Source of the DNA: Octopus bimaculoides
Lineage: Eukaryota
Length of the DNA: 64,000 nucleotides
Direction of reading: 5' to 3'
Assembly (NCBI RefSeq): GCF_001194135.2
Contig: NC_068986.1
Span: 86,010,594-86,074,593 of the forward strand
Part shown: one piece after another, positions 13,285-26,090 of the stretch
How positions within the stretch are numbered: the stretch's first letter is position 1
Layout: each line of letters begins with the position of its first letter
The notes under the pieces: generated by a model
Told to the model about the DNA's origin: nothing
Seen by the model: only the letters and a program-made list of their open reading frames with translations
Database searches by the model: none
Translations under genes and position numbers: made by a program

Positions 13285-13410
13285 CCCTTTGAGCCCGTAA
13301 CACAGCAACAGCTGGATAGCTTATTTTTCTCTATGCTGTAGCACCGCTCTATACCGGTGGTGTGCCAGGTATATGGTGAAATACGGATCAGGAGGTCAGT
13401 GCTCAAAGGG
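13285..13410. mobile_element. piggyBac-type MITE, 126 bp
   Basis: TTAA-CCCTTTGAGC...GCTCAAAGGG-TTAA: perfect 10-bp TIR with TTAA duplication at 13281-84 and 13411-14. Confidence 0.85.
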
Positions 13411-13429
13411 TTAAATTACGATTCTGTTA

Positions 13430-13575
13430 TCTTTTACTTCTTTCAGTAATTGGACTGCGGTCATGCTGGGGCACAGTTTTGAAGGGTTGAATCGAAAGAA
13501 TTGCTTCCAACGATTCATTTTCAGCCTGGTCATTATAATATCACCATTTGTCTAGCAGTGACGGGGGACAAGGAC
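13430..13575 (-). mobile_element. Diverged SINE tail related to family A
   Basis: ttttacttctttcagtaattggactgcggtcatgctggggcac resembles the family A tail. Confidence 0.6.
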
Positions 13576-13654
13576 ACGTGCGCGCGCATATATATATATA
13601 TATACAACCTTGGCCAACAAATATTAAGCCACCTCAATGTTTTGGGGTTCTGCT

Positions 13655-13824
13655 ATCTCAATGTTGAAGGCTGATCCTTTGAGTTACAGATACGATTCAC
13701 ATTTGCCAGCTGAGTGAATTGGAGGGATGTGAAATAAGTGAGTTGCTCATGGACTCAACGCACCGGTAAGAATCAACGGAACGACCTTACGATCGCGAGC
13801 CACATATCCTTAACACTAAGCCAC
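13655..13824 (-). mobile_element. SINE family C (different tRNA-like head and central domain)
   Basis: rc gtggcttagtgttaagg...cgatcgtaaggtcg...gcgttgagtccatgagcaa..cacttatttcac...cactcagctggcaaa; tRNA A-box-like start; single copy in the window. Confidence 0.55.
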
Positions 13825-13859
13825 ACAAATATACGATGGCATTCTCTCCTTTTCCGCTT

Positions 13860-13987
13860 TTCAAACACACTTATAGACCTTTGGCCGGCTCAGTACTATA
13901 ATAGGAGACACTTGCCGCCCGATAGAACTGACAGTGAGACTGAACTTATAACCATGCGGTTAGGAAACAAACTTCGTACCACACAGC
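13860..13987 (-). mobile_element. Diverged SINE family A head
   Basis: ctttggccggctcagtactata...gacacttgcc...cagtgagactgaac..aaccatgcggtt...accacacagc aligns to 7610-7720. Confidence 0.7.
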
Positions 13988-13995
13988 AATGCATA

Positions 13996-15002
13996 TACAA
14001 GGTGGGGCAGAGAGGAGGGACATTTTTGAAATGCCTATTGCACAGCCCCAGAGGGAAGGACATATGTCCGACAGGTACCATTAGGTCAGTAGTGTGTTAC
14101 CATTTGTTTTTCAGGTAAAGTCATTGTGCTGTGGATGATAGAGCATCGCGTGTTTGCCTACGACTATTACGTAAAGAGTGATGAGTCTGTCACAGAAGTT
14201 CAGCGTGAGTTTCGGCGCCACTTCAACATTCACCGAAGCTAAGCTGTTCCCACCCGTAACACAATCTTACCTTGGATCAATGTTCCTCGTACACGAGGTA
14301 TACTATACGGTCCCCGGAAAATGTTGAATACATCAGACAAGCTTTGATACGGAGTCCGAATCGTTTTGCTCGGATGCATTCCACTGAATTTGGCATCGCT
14401 AATCGATCAGTAAGGTGTATTTTGCACGAAGACCAGCATGTCCACCCGTACAAAATGGTCATTGGGCAACAGTTGAAACTATCGTACTATGCACAGCAGC
14501 TTAGCATCGCAGGTCAGATGGAAGCAATTTTTTAGACAAATGAAAACCTCATTTTGTTAATGAGTGATGAAGCTCAATTTCATCTCAGTGCCATGGTGAA
14601 TCAACAGAACTGTCGTTATTGTGTTCTTGAAAATCCGATAGAGGTGCACGAAAGACCACTGCACAGCCCAAAAGTGACGTTCTGGTGTGCTGTTGTAAAA
14701 TTTGCCGTCATTGGCCCTTACTTTTTTGAAGACAAAAATAGAAATATTGTGACTGAACTCTGAGCGTTGCATCGAGATGATAAACAACTTTTTGTGCCTG
14801 AATTACGACGAACACCTATGCCTATTCAACATGTGTGGTTTCAGCATGATGGGGCGAGGACGCACGATGCCACAGCATCAATGGACGTTCTTCACCCACT
14901 CTTCTGTGACCGCCTCATTCCAACTTGCTGACTTTCCTTGCCCCCCGCCCCTAATCCCTTGATTTGCCCATGTTTCACTATTTCCTGTGGAGAAACCTCA
15001 AG
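13996..15002 (+). mobile_element. Tc1/mariner-superfamily transposon remnant (rosa/DD41D-like), transposase pseudogene
   Basis: 5' end TACAAGGTG; translated motifs WMIEHRVFAYDYYVKS..QREFRRHFNI..VPTRNTI (HTH), HPYKMVIGQQLK, LMSDEAQFHLSAMVNQQNCRY..ENP..HERPLHSPKVTFWCAV..VIGPYFFE, WFQHDGA, FLWRNLK; multiple stops and frameshifts. Confidence 0.9.
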
Positions 15003-15244
15003 GCATGAATGATAGAGCATCGCGTGTTTGCCCACGACAATTACATGAAGAGTAACGAATCTGTCACAGCAATTGAGCGTGAGTTTCGGCGCCACTTCAA
15101 CATTCCGCGAACCTAAGCTGTTCCCACCCGTAACACAATTTTACGTTGGATGAATGCACCTCGTACACGAGGTATACTAATGAATAGGAAATTAATGGGG
15201 GCGCCACGGTCCTTGGAATATGTTGAATGCGTTAGACAAGCTTT
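15003..15244 (+). mobile_element. Second, head-to-tail copy of the N-terminal part of the same transposase
   Basis: atgatagagcatcgcgtgtttgcc...gagtttcggcgccacttcaacatt..taagctgttcccacccgtaacacaat repeats 14135-14345; runs into the gap. Confidence 0.9.
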
Positions 15245-15619
15245 NNNNNNNNNNNNNNNNNNNNNNNNNNNNNNNNNNNNNNNNNNNNNNNNNNNNNNNN
15301 NNNNNNNNNNNNNNNNNNNNNNNNNNNNNNNNNNNNNNNNNNNNNNNNNNNNNNNNNNNNNNNNNNNNNNNNNNNNNNNNNNNNNNNNNNNNNNNNNNNN
15401 NNNNNNNNNNNNNNNNNNNNNNNNNNNNNNNNNNNNNNNNNNNNNNNNNNNNNNNNNNNNNNNNNNNNNNNNNNNNNNNNNNNNNNNNNNNNNNNNNNNN
15501 NNNNNNNNNNNNNNNNNNNNNNNNNNNNNNNNNNNNNNNNNNNNNNNNNNNNNNNNNNNNNNNNNNNNNNNNNNNNNNNNNNNNNNNNNNNNNNNNNNNN
15601 NNNNNNNNNNNNNNNNNNN

Positions 15620-15659
<40 letters not shown>

Positions 15660-15740
15660 CGTGTAAGTGCGTGTGCGTGTGCGTGCGTGCGTGTGTGTGT
15701 ATGTGTATGCGTGCGTGTGAGTGTGTGTGAGTGTGTGTGT

Positions 15741-15773
<33 letters not shown>

Positions 15774-16368
15774 TATCTGTGTGTGTCTGAGTGTATCAGA
15801 TCTCTCTGACCCTTATATAACCACATTCAACGATTCCCTATCGAATTACAGAGGTCACTATATATTGTCTTCCAATTCTAGATTATATTACCGTCTGACC
15901 TGCATCGTTCATATTTCTGTTTTCATTTACTGACCCTTCAGTAATGCGCTCCTAACTCTACCAGCACTTTATATTTTGTCTCTCTGTTTTTCTATCATAA
16001 AAAGTACCAGTTTATATATGTTTCCCACGTTCTGCCTATACACACACACACACGCGCGCGCGCGCATATATATATNNNNNNNNNNNNNNNNNNNNNNNNN
16101 NNNNNNNNNNNNNNNNNNNNNNNNNNNNNNNNNNNNNNNNNNNNNNNNNNNNNNNNNNNNNNNNNNNNNNNNNNNNNNNNNNNNNNNNNNNNNNNNNNNN
16201 NNNNNNNNNNNNNNNNNNNNNNNNNNNNNNNNNNNNNNNNNNNNNNNNNNNNNNNNNNNNNNNNNNNNNNNNNNNNNNNNNNNNNNNNNNNNNNNNNNNN
16301 NNNNNNNNNNNNNNNNNNNNNNNNNNNNNNNNNNNNATATATGTATGTATCTATCTATCTATCCAGCA

Positions 16369-16465
<97 letters not shown>

Positions 16466-16626
16466 CATACATGTGTTCTTGTTTCGTCTCCGATTCTATT
16501 ATTGTCTTTATTTATTTTGGATTGTATGTCTTTTATTCGCTATCAAAATCACTCTTTCTATATTTCCTCTTTGCACTCTCCTAAATTTATATTTGCTCAT
16601 TCATCTCCCCTTTGCAATGCGTCAAC

Positions 16627-16693
<67 letters not shown>

Positions 16694-17816
16694 TCTTGTT
16701 TTCTATTCTTCGTTTCTTGGTCTCACTCTTGCTGCTGACTTTGTTATTGTTGTTGATTTTAGTATTTTTGTTGTTATTGTTGTTGTTGCTTCATATGTGC
16801 CATGAACCAGCTTAGCTATTTGATAATCTTATCTAATTTGAAATGACCCGGGGACATTTAAGGTGTCTGAACACGTTGTCCTCTGCAAACATTCATAGCC
16901 GCTTTTTGCATATTGGACTAATATTTTCTACGTGCTTTTTTCGCGTTATAGAGTACACCCCGTCCATACGTTTCCATTTCTCACTTACTTTCCAATACAC
17001 ACAAACACATACACCCGCATATGCAAATATACGCACATACACGCATACTGGCACGCACGCACGCACGCACACACTACATATCTGTAATGAACAAATAAAG
17101 AGAAAGCAAAAAGTATAAACAATACAATGTAAAAGGAAAAAATATAAAATGCAAAGCGAAATGCATGTAAAAATTAATATATGAAGAGGGGAGAAGGGGC
17201 GAAGAGGAGAGATAGAAGAATACAATTATAGTGAGAGAGCAAGAGTGAAGAGAAAAGAAAGAGAATGAAGTTGTGAAAGGGAATGGGAAAAGAGAAAGCA
17301 ATAGGAAAGAGTATAGCAGTTGTAGAGCTGCATACCCAAACATATATTGCTTGTCATAGCACACGCTCATCATGACATGACCAGAGCGCCCCTCAGCGGC
17401 ACGAGTGACGGCCATGTCAACAGAAACGGGCGGGAAAAAAACACGGACCTTCAGACATTTTGTTTGTACTACATCTAATGTGAGCTTTTAATTTGCAAGC
17501 TAAAATCTTTACTGAGTTAGTTTGAACTATGGCAGAGCGTAAGGGAGAAAACTGATTGACAACTTAATATTATTTCAACAAAGCAACGCATTCATGAGAG
17601 TGTGAGTGTAGTTGTGTACATGGGGGCGTCTGTATGCATTTCTGTATATGTATACATATACGTATGTTTGTATATGTGTGTGTATATAGGTTAAGCTTCA
17701 TGAAATTATGAGACTCAATGAAGATAGATGGTACTGTATGCGTAGAAATTTACAGCCACCAATGTTTATATAAATGCATACATACATATATAATTGCGTG
17801 TAACTATGTAACTGCA

Positions 17817-17885
<69 letters not shown>

Positions 17886-18105
17886 ATGTATGTATGTATG
17901 CATGTATATATATATATATACACATATGCATGTGTGTACGCATGTATATTGCCGAAGTATATAAATATATTCCGTGTGTATGAGGCTGAAGTGGGATGTT
18001 ATATGCATAAAACACTCTCGCGCGCGCACACAACGAGGTACACATTGACACACTCACACGCGCACACACTCAGACACATGCATACATATATATATTTATA
18101 TATGT

Positions 18106-18149
<44 letters not shown>

Positions 18150-18237
18150 NNNNNNNNNNNNNNNNNNNNNNNNNNNNNNNNNNNNNNNNNNNNNNNNNNN
18201 NNNNNNNNNNNNNNNNNNNNNNNNNNNNNNNNNNNNN

Positions 18238-18300
<63 letters not shown>

Positions 18301-18627
18301 ATGTATGTATGTAGGTATATATATGTGTGTGTGTGTGTATTTATACATCTGTGCGTGTATTTGTGTATATATGGTTGTGCCGCATTATTGATATGAATCT
18401 GACTTTATATACAGCCTGACACGTTCGTATTTGAGGGATCTGTGTGTGAATATTAGCAACTCCACTTTGGGTGTTTGCTTAGAGATGCATATGTTAGAGA
18501 AGAATACTTACAAGATAAATGTGAATAGGCTAGTTTGAATTTGACTGCATGCAGTGAGCTTCAGTCTGTAATTATACACAAACACAGTAAGACTCAACAA
18601 TGCATATACACACACACACACACACAG

Positions 18628-18660
<33 letters not shown>

Positions 18661-20160
18661 NNNNNNNNNNNNNNNNNNNNNNNNNNNNNNNNNNNNNNNN
18701 NNNNNNNNNNNNNNNNNNNNNNNNNNNNNNNNNNNNNNNNNNNNNNNNNNNNNNNNNNNNNNNNNNNNNNNNNNNNNNNNNNNNNNNNNNNNNNNNNNNN
18801 NNNNNNNNNNNNNNNNNNNNNNNNNNNNNNNNNNNNNNNNNNNNNNNNNNNNNNNNNNNNNNNNNNNNNNNNNNNNNNNNNNNNNNNNNNNNNNNNNNNN
18901 NNNNNNNNNNNNNNNNNNNNNNNNNNNNNNNNNNNNNNNNNNNNNNNNNNNNNNNNNNNNNNNNNNNNNNNNNNNNNNNNNNNNNNNNNNNNNNNNNNNN
19001 NNNNNNNNNNNNNNNNNNNNNNNNNNNNNNNNNNNNNNNNNNNNNNNNNNNNNNNNNNNNNNNNNNNNNNNNNNNNNNNNNNNNNNNNNNNNNNNNNNNN
19101 NNNNNNNNNNNNNNNNNNNNNNNNNNNNNNNNNNNNNNNNNNNNNNNNNNNNNNNNNNNNNNNNNNNNNNNNNNNNNNNNNNNNNNNNNNNNNNNNNNNN
19201 NNNNNNNNNNNNNNNNNNNNNNNNNNNNNNNNNNNNNNNNNNNNNNNNNNNNNNNNNNNNNNNNNNNNNNNNNNNNNNNNNNNNNNNNNNNNNNNNNNNN
19301 NNNNNNNNNNNNNNNNNNNNNNNNNNNNNNNNNNNNNNNNNNNNNNNNNNNNNNNNNNNNNNNNNNNNNNNNNNNNNNNNNNNNNNNNNNNNNNNNNNNN
19401 NNNNNNNNNNNNNNNNNNNNNNNNNNNNNNNNNNNNNNNNNNNNNNNNNNNNNNNNNNNNNNNNNNNNNNNNNNNNNNNNNNNNNNNNNNNNNNNNNNNN
19501 NNNNNNNNNNNNNNNNNNNNNNNNNNNNNNNNNNNNNNNNNNNNNATATATATATGTATATATATAAATATATATGATTTTATATAGCGTGAGAGAGTTA
19601 GGGGTTGGGGGTTCAACGCACTAAGGGATTGTATCTATCCAGTATACTGCTGGGAGGGTACCCAATTTTTGCTACACTAGTGCTATACTAGGTGCAATCA
19701 ATGGGAGTGGGTAAAAGTGGAGGTTTTACCCAAAATTTGTATAACAATTAGAAAATGGAGAATAATATGCTGAACCCAACTACTTGCAGACGGTGTATCC
19801 CGGGGACATCCGAGTAAGGCTGTGCACACGGACCCACACATATATATATGCATTGGAGTGTCTATAGCGACCTATTTATAATGTTTGTAGGCTCTTTGTG
19901 TGCCTTGTATTTTTAAGCGTTTTTTTACATATATCTTTCTTATATTTTTGCATGTCCCACATGCTATACCTTCATTTTTCATTTATGTATTCTTTATTAT
20001 TATTATTTTTTTTCCTGCTGTACCCTTATTTTTATTTTGATTTTGATCTTAATTCTATTTTTTATTTTTTACTATCTTATTTTTGCTGTTGTTTTTCTTC
20101 TGGTCTCTACCACACCTCTGTTTTTACCTCTTGCTCCACATTTGTATGAAACCCTTTGTG

Positions 20161-20289
20161 AATCTCTGAAGAGGCCTAGCGGTTCGGGCATGTAACCCCA
20201 TTTCAAAATGTCATCCAATAATCACTCCGGAAAGGAATATTTGGATAGAATGAGGCTTGCTAAAACTAGGCCGAAACAGCTGTAAGATT
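20161..20289 (+). ncRNA. Type I hammerhead ribozyme motif (Penelope-like element associated)
   Basis: Stem I aatct/agatt; CTGAAGA 20166-72; stem II GGCCTAG (20173-79)/CTAGGCC (20266-72); GAAA 20273-76; minimal palindromic stem III C-AGCT-G; GUA cleavage triplet 20282-84. Confidence 0.8.
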
Positions 20290-20366
20290 AAACTTCTGTT
20301 CATCCTCTAATTCCTTATGTACTTTGTACTTCTATATGATTTTATATATATATATATATATGTATA

Positions 20367-20670
20367 TATTTAAAATTATAATATAGGGTATCTCAGAGAT
20401 ACCGCTACGCTGAAATAGCAGTCAAATCTTGACTCTAACCCGCAATAAATGATCATATAGCACAAAGAGCTATTTATGTGCTTTTCTGAGTGTATTCCAC
20501 TGATGAGGAAATCCTAGATCTGGAATTATTCAGTAATTTTTGCTAGTTTATTTTGTCTCCGTCTTCGCTCTTTGTGCTATATGAACATTTATTGTGGTTT
20601 AGAGTCAAGATTTGACTGCTATTTCAGCGTGGCGGTATCTCTTAGTTACCCTATATTATAATTTTAAATA
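20367..20670. repeat. ~300-bp inverted-repeat (fold-back/MITE-like) element with ~105-bp arms
   Basis: aaattataatatagggta...gataccgctacgctgaaatagcagtcaaatcttgactctaa...agcacaaagagc pairs with gctctttgtgct...ttagagtcaagatttgactgctatttcagcgtggcggtatc...taccctatattataattt. Confidence 0.9.
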
Positions 20671-21023
20671 ATTATTACCTTTGAAGGTTTTTATTCCCAT
20701 GCTAGCCACTTGATAAAATCGGTATTTTATATAGAGATTTTATCCTTATTTATATAAATTTATTTCGTCATTATATTTACTGCGGTGATATTTTGACCAT
20801 ATCGCACGAGGAGTTTTTAGGCGGGCAATTTAAACTGGTCGTGTGCATACGTGCATATATATGTCAATCGTTGATATAAAATGTTGCTTTAAATTGTAGA
20901 ATATATATTATTATTATAATTATGATATATCCTTATACAGTTATTATTGTACTAAAAAGACTTTCGTGGTTGCTTTCGCTCCATAAAGTACAACATTTTC
21001 GGGTTTGTTATATATTATATATA

Positions 21024-21055
<32 letters not shown>

Positions 21056-21414
21056 AAACGTGTGTGAGTGTGTGCATTTATGTGCGCGCTTATTTTTATG
21101 TGTATGGGAACTACATTATCACTGGCAAAGACTCAAAAACTCTAGGTTTTGCAGTGATTTAATAACAATTCGTAAAGAAAGAATGGACCATATCAATTTA
21201 ATCTTTCAAGTGCTGAGACTCCTGGAAACATAGGTGCAGCACCGTAGATTAGTAGGTTGCAATTGTATGGGTAGTGTTGTCTGAAGGTGGAACTGGTTGA
21301 AATGATGAGCTGTGATGAAGAATTCTAGTGTGAGATGTATGTGTGTGTGTGTGCGCGGTGGAGTGAACAGTAATCTGTTGTTGACAGAAAGAAAAGAAAA
21401 AGGTGTAATGATGT

Positions 21415-21461
21415 TGAGGATGATGATGATGATGATTACAGTGATAATGATGACAGTGATA

Positions 21462-21496
<35 letters not shown>

Positions 21497-22040
21497 AGTG
21501 GTGGTGATACTGGCGGTGGTTGTGGTGGTGTAAGTTTTGTTCACCATCATGATGACTATGGCGGTGGTGGCGGTTGTAATGTCAAATCCAAGAAATTTTT
21601 TCTCCTTCTACTCCTACTCCTCCTCATTATTATCATCATCAACAGCAACTTGATCACTTTAATCCTAATTTTTATTTTCATCATCATTATTAATACTAGT
21701 GCTATCATCATCATCACCATCGAAATCATCATTATCATCATCATATTCATAAGTTGCAGCAGTAGTGTTAGTAATGGTGGTGGTCACGATCGTGGTGGCG
21801 CTAGTTGCTGTTGTCATGGAAGGAGTAGATATTGATGATGGTGATGAACCTGATGATGATGATGATAACTTTAGTGATTATGGGTGAAGATGTAAAGACG
21901 AATACGGCGAACCTGGTGGTAACGCTGATGGTGAATATGATGTGGGGAGTATGAAGATGACGATCACGGTGGTTGTGCAGGTGGCGTAGTAGAGTTGTGA
22001 GTATGATGATCACGGTAACGATATATAAGATAATGGTGAT
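21415..22040. repeat. Degenerate compound trinucleotide tracts (GAT/GGT/CAT)
   Basis: Direct reading; yields poly-M/I/V pseudo-ORFs. Confidence 0.85.
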
Positions 22041-22629
22041 GATGTACAATAAATGTAAACATAAATCCGTTAGTGAGATTGGTCGATGGTATTTTAGGAT
22101 GGGTTGGAGGTGCTTGTTTGTTTCTTCCTTGTCCTTTCCTCTCTACGTATTTGTTTATTATTTAATCGGGAAGTGAATTAAATTGTCAAATTATCAATGT
22201 AAGGCTCTACAATATTTACTAATTGTCTGTGGAATGTGCTGCAGAAGCATACGAAGCCTGGCCGTGTACATGTAAATCAATACGTACTGAGATGCATAGA
22301 TACATAGATTCATGCATATATACATATATGCTTAAACACGCACACAAACACGCACACACACACACACACACATATATATATACATATACATAGATCAATA
22401 GATGAATGCATTTACGCTTGTGTGAGAGCCTTTATATGTTTATATATATATATATATATATATCAATCTATCTATCCCTCTATCTATCTATATATAAATA
22501 TATATATACATATATACATACACATATACGCATGCACAATGCACACAGATACACACAAACGCACACATATGCATATTTACATACACACACTCACATACAT
22601 ACATGCATACATACTGTCCAACTTAGTTC

Positions 22630-23350
22630 TTACACAACATCGATGATATCCTTAAAACCTTGGGAACAGCTTCGAACTCTGATGTCATATATAAAGCGTT
22701 CGACAGAGTCGACCATAATATCCTACTCTCAAAATTGTCAAATGTTAGAATCCGGGGAAAGCTGGTAAACTCAGATGGAGTATCTATATCAACGATAATG
22801 TCTATATAGCTCCTAGGATGAACTTTTGAATCCTAAGAACATTCCGGTCGAGAGAACAAGGTGTCATCATTCCTCCTTTCTCTTCTTTTCTACGCCTACA
22901 CCTCGAAGACTGCTGTCCCCTGTGCTCTCCCCTTATAAAACAAAACATTTCGAAAATTGAATCACCGCAGATGGCATTCACTAAAGGAAATTAAGGGCAT
23001 GACTGAACTCGATTATTGGGACCGCCTAAAAGCATTGAAACTGTATTCTCTCCAGCGCTACCGTGAGCGATACATACCTTGCACGTTGTTTAGAATATAC
23101 AATCAGCATTGCTCAAACGACCTCAACGTTAGCTTCAACATCCATCCAAGTTTAGGACCAAAAGCCATACGTCCCCTACCCAATTCATGATCAGAACACA
23201 TAAATACATTGCAACACAATTCTTTTCTTCAACAGGCCCTGCCCTATATAACATTGTCCCGAAACGGATCAAAGAGGAAAAGGATCCCATCGCCTTTAAA
23301 GGGAATCTGAGCAAATTTCTTCAAGAAATACCAGATTAAGTCACCTATAC
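22630..23350 (+). mobile_element. CR1-clade LINE ORF2 remnant with large internal deletion
   Basis: Translates to DVIY..KAFDRVDHNILLSKLSNVRIRGKL (RT), then ILRTFRSRE..HLEDCCPLCSP..QNISKIESPQ, IKGMTELDYWDRLKALKLYSLQRYRERY and GPALYNIVPKRIKEEKDPIAFK..L.KFLQEIPD, the typical CR1 C-terminus. Confidence 0.85.
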
Positions 23351-24131
23351 CTCTACTATTATTCATTTATGATTTATTTACATGTCTAGGAATCTGTCCA
23401 TCGTAAATATTATGTACTCCATATTTAATATAATGCACATGTCGGAATACCTCAACAGCAGATTCCTTTACTCAGCTGGGTCGAATAGTCTACATACACT
23501 GCAGGAATATCATTCGGCTGGTACTTATGTATCATATTTGATATTTACATAATATTGTTGTGTGTATGTATTATTCCGACCTAACGAGGTGCCTCATATT
23601 TAAGTACCTAATTCAACTGAATCTTACTTATATATTATATATATATATATATATATATGTTTATATATATATATATATGTTTATATATATATATATATAT
23701 ATATACGGTGGGCTTCTTTCAATTTCCGTGTACTTAATCCACACACAAGGGTTTGAATACACACAAACACGCATAAATATTGCCCTAATTAGCGCGAAAC
23801 CAGGAATATTGTTTGGATTTAGTCCATATTCAAGTATATTCTAGGAGAGGGATCATAAAGCCTCAGTGTAAATGGTAGTAGAGTTTGCGTTGAAAAGCGA
23901 TATGATTATAGTTCTTGTGTTAGTTAAATATACCCTCACCTCGAACATACATTAAAAAGGACTATCGAAAACTTGAATGTTTAGTTCACCTCACACACTT
24001 AAATGGGTGAAACCCCTGAACAAAGCTGTATATGTACTACAAATGAATCCACTAAATGAACATAATGCTACATGAAACGTCAACATGTCACTCATCCAGC
24101 AGAAAAACTTGTCGGATCGAAATTTAACGAG

Positions 24132-24352
24132 AATAATAATCCTTTCTACTGAGGGCAGAAGGCATGACATTTTGGGAAGGGGACTAATCCATTACATCGG
24201 CCTTAGTGTTTCACTGGTACTTAATTTATCGACTCCAAAAGGGTGAAAGTCAAAGTCGACCTCGGTGGAATATAAACTGAGATCGTAAATACGGACGATA
24301 TGCTGCTAATCATTTTGTCCAGAGTTCTAACGATTCTACGAAACTCGCCGCC
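24132..24352 (-). mobile_element. SINE family B
   Basis: ataatcctttctact...ggtacttaatttatcgac...aaagtcgacctcggtggaat...ctaacgattct. Confidence 0.85.
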
Positions 24353-25813
24353 TTTTTGATGAGAATAATAATGTAATTAAATTATTCTTGAAGATATACA
24401 ATTCTTCCTTCTTTATGTTTTGATTACATTCACACACATAAAGGCGCGCATGCACCCCTCCTCAAACTCACACACACATACATACAGACACAGACACACA
24501 CACACACATACACCCACACATTTGTGACAGATTTGCAAGGCATGTGATGGAAGCTCTCGAAGATCAGCAGATGTAACAGAGAATGTCATTAGTAACTATA
24601 TGAACATTTATTGATATATTGCAAGTCATTTGCAAGTTACGACCCGCTTGTGTATTTCAGACTGTATTCCTGCTTTTTCTACTTTTCCTTACAATTTTCA
24701 CCCCATTTACTTTGATTGTTACAAGAAAATCTTCTCTTCTTTTTTCTATTTCTTTTCCTCCAGATAATATTATATCTTCGAAACTCATTCCCTTCCTAAG
24801 ACTTGTTCTCTAATTTGTTGTCGACTTTTCTCTTCACTTCTACTTTCTTTTGTACTGTCTTCGTTTCACTGTCAAGTGTTCTTTCGTCTTATAGCCTTAC
24901 TTTTGCCCTTTATCTATCCTTCTTCCCCATTTCTCAATTATTTTTTTCACTTGCCTTTTCTTCTGTAAACCACTTTCATCTATTTATATAATATTTTCTT
25001 GAAGTTTTTCTTCCCCTGAACATATTCTGTAACAGCTTTCATTTCAAACTTTTTAATATAACCTGGAGAAATTTCCATCGTTTTTTTTTTAACTCATCCT
25101 GTGTTTATCTCATATAGTTTTATGACAGCTTTCTATCCCCTTTTAGGTATTATAACACGTGATTATCACGATATACCATAAGAGTTACAGGAATATGTCT
25201 CAAAGTTACAAAACATTGTCTAAGGTCACGCAGAAATACCACGTGATATCTTACAAGATAAATGATAATAATAACTGAAAATCATTTGCAAAGTTAAAAA
25301 GAGATGTAGCAGCATTGCTATAAACATCACAAGGTCCATCTAGGCTAAATCTAAAATATTTTCTGCTTTGTTACTGTTGCTTTAGCTCCTTTGTAAATTG
25401 CGATTTATATTCTTCCCTATCCGTGCGAATTCCCTTTCGAATAACTGTCGTAATAATTTTTCATTCCAGTTTTATACAGCAGTAAACAGTCAGAAATACA
25501 TGCAAACTATTTTCAGCTAGACACTTACAACGAAGGATACTGTATATGAGCGCTTCGTAAGTTAGAAATGGAAGTCTAATCAATACCTCAACCCACAACA
25601 TGCTACTTAGGAAACTGATTTGTATATATGTATGTATGTACGTGTGTGTACGTGTGTATGTGTGTGTGAGTATATATATATGTGTGTGTATTTATATATA
25701 AACGTCTGATTTTCTGTTTACAATAGTACATGAGATTACACAATATTTTATCTGTAACATATATGTGCGTGTGCGTGAGTGAGAGTGAGAGAGAGAGAGA
25801 GAGAGAAAGTGTG

Positions 25814-25845
<32 letters not shown>

Positions 25846-25989
25846 CATGCGTGTGCGTATACAATGTAGTTCTCGATGTGGTGATTGCCGTGGCGTAAAA
25901 ACAAAGGGTGTCTTACACATCGTATTATACAGGGTATTTATTAAGTGATTAGGCTCTCAATGCATTCAGTATGACGGACCCCAATCCAC

Positions 25990-26052
25990 AGTAGCAGTAG
26001 TAGGAGTCGTAGCAACAGAAGCAGCAGCAGAAGCAGCAGCAGAAGCAGCAGA

Positions 26053-26090
<38 letters not shown>

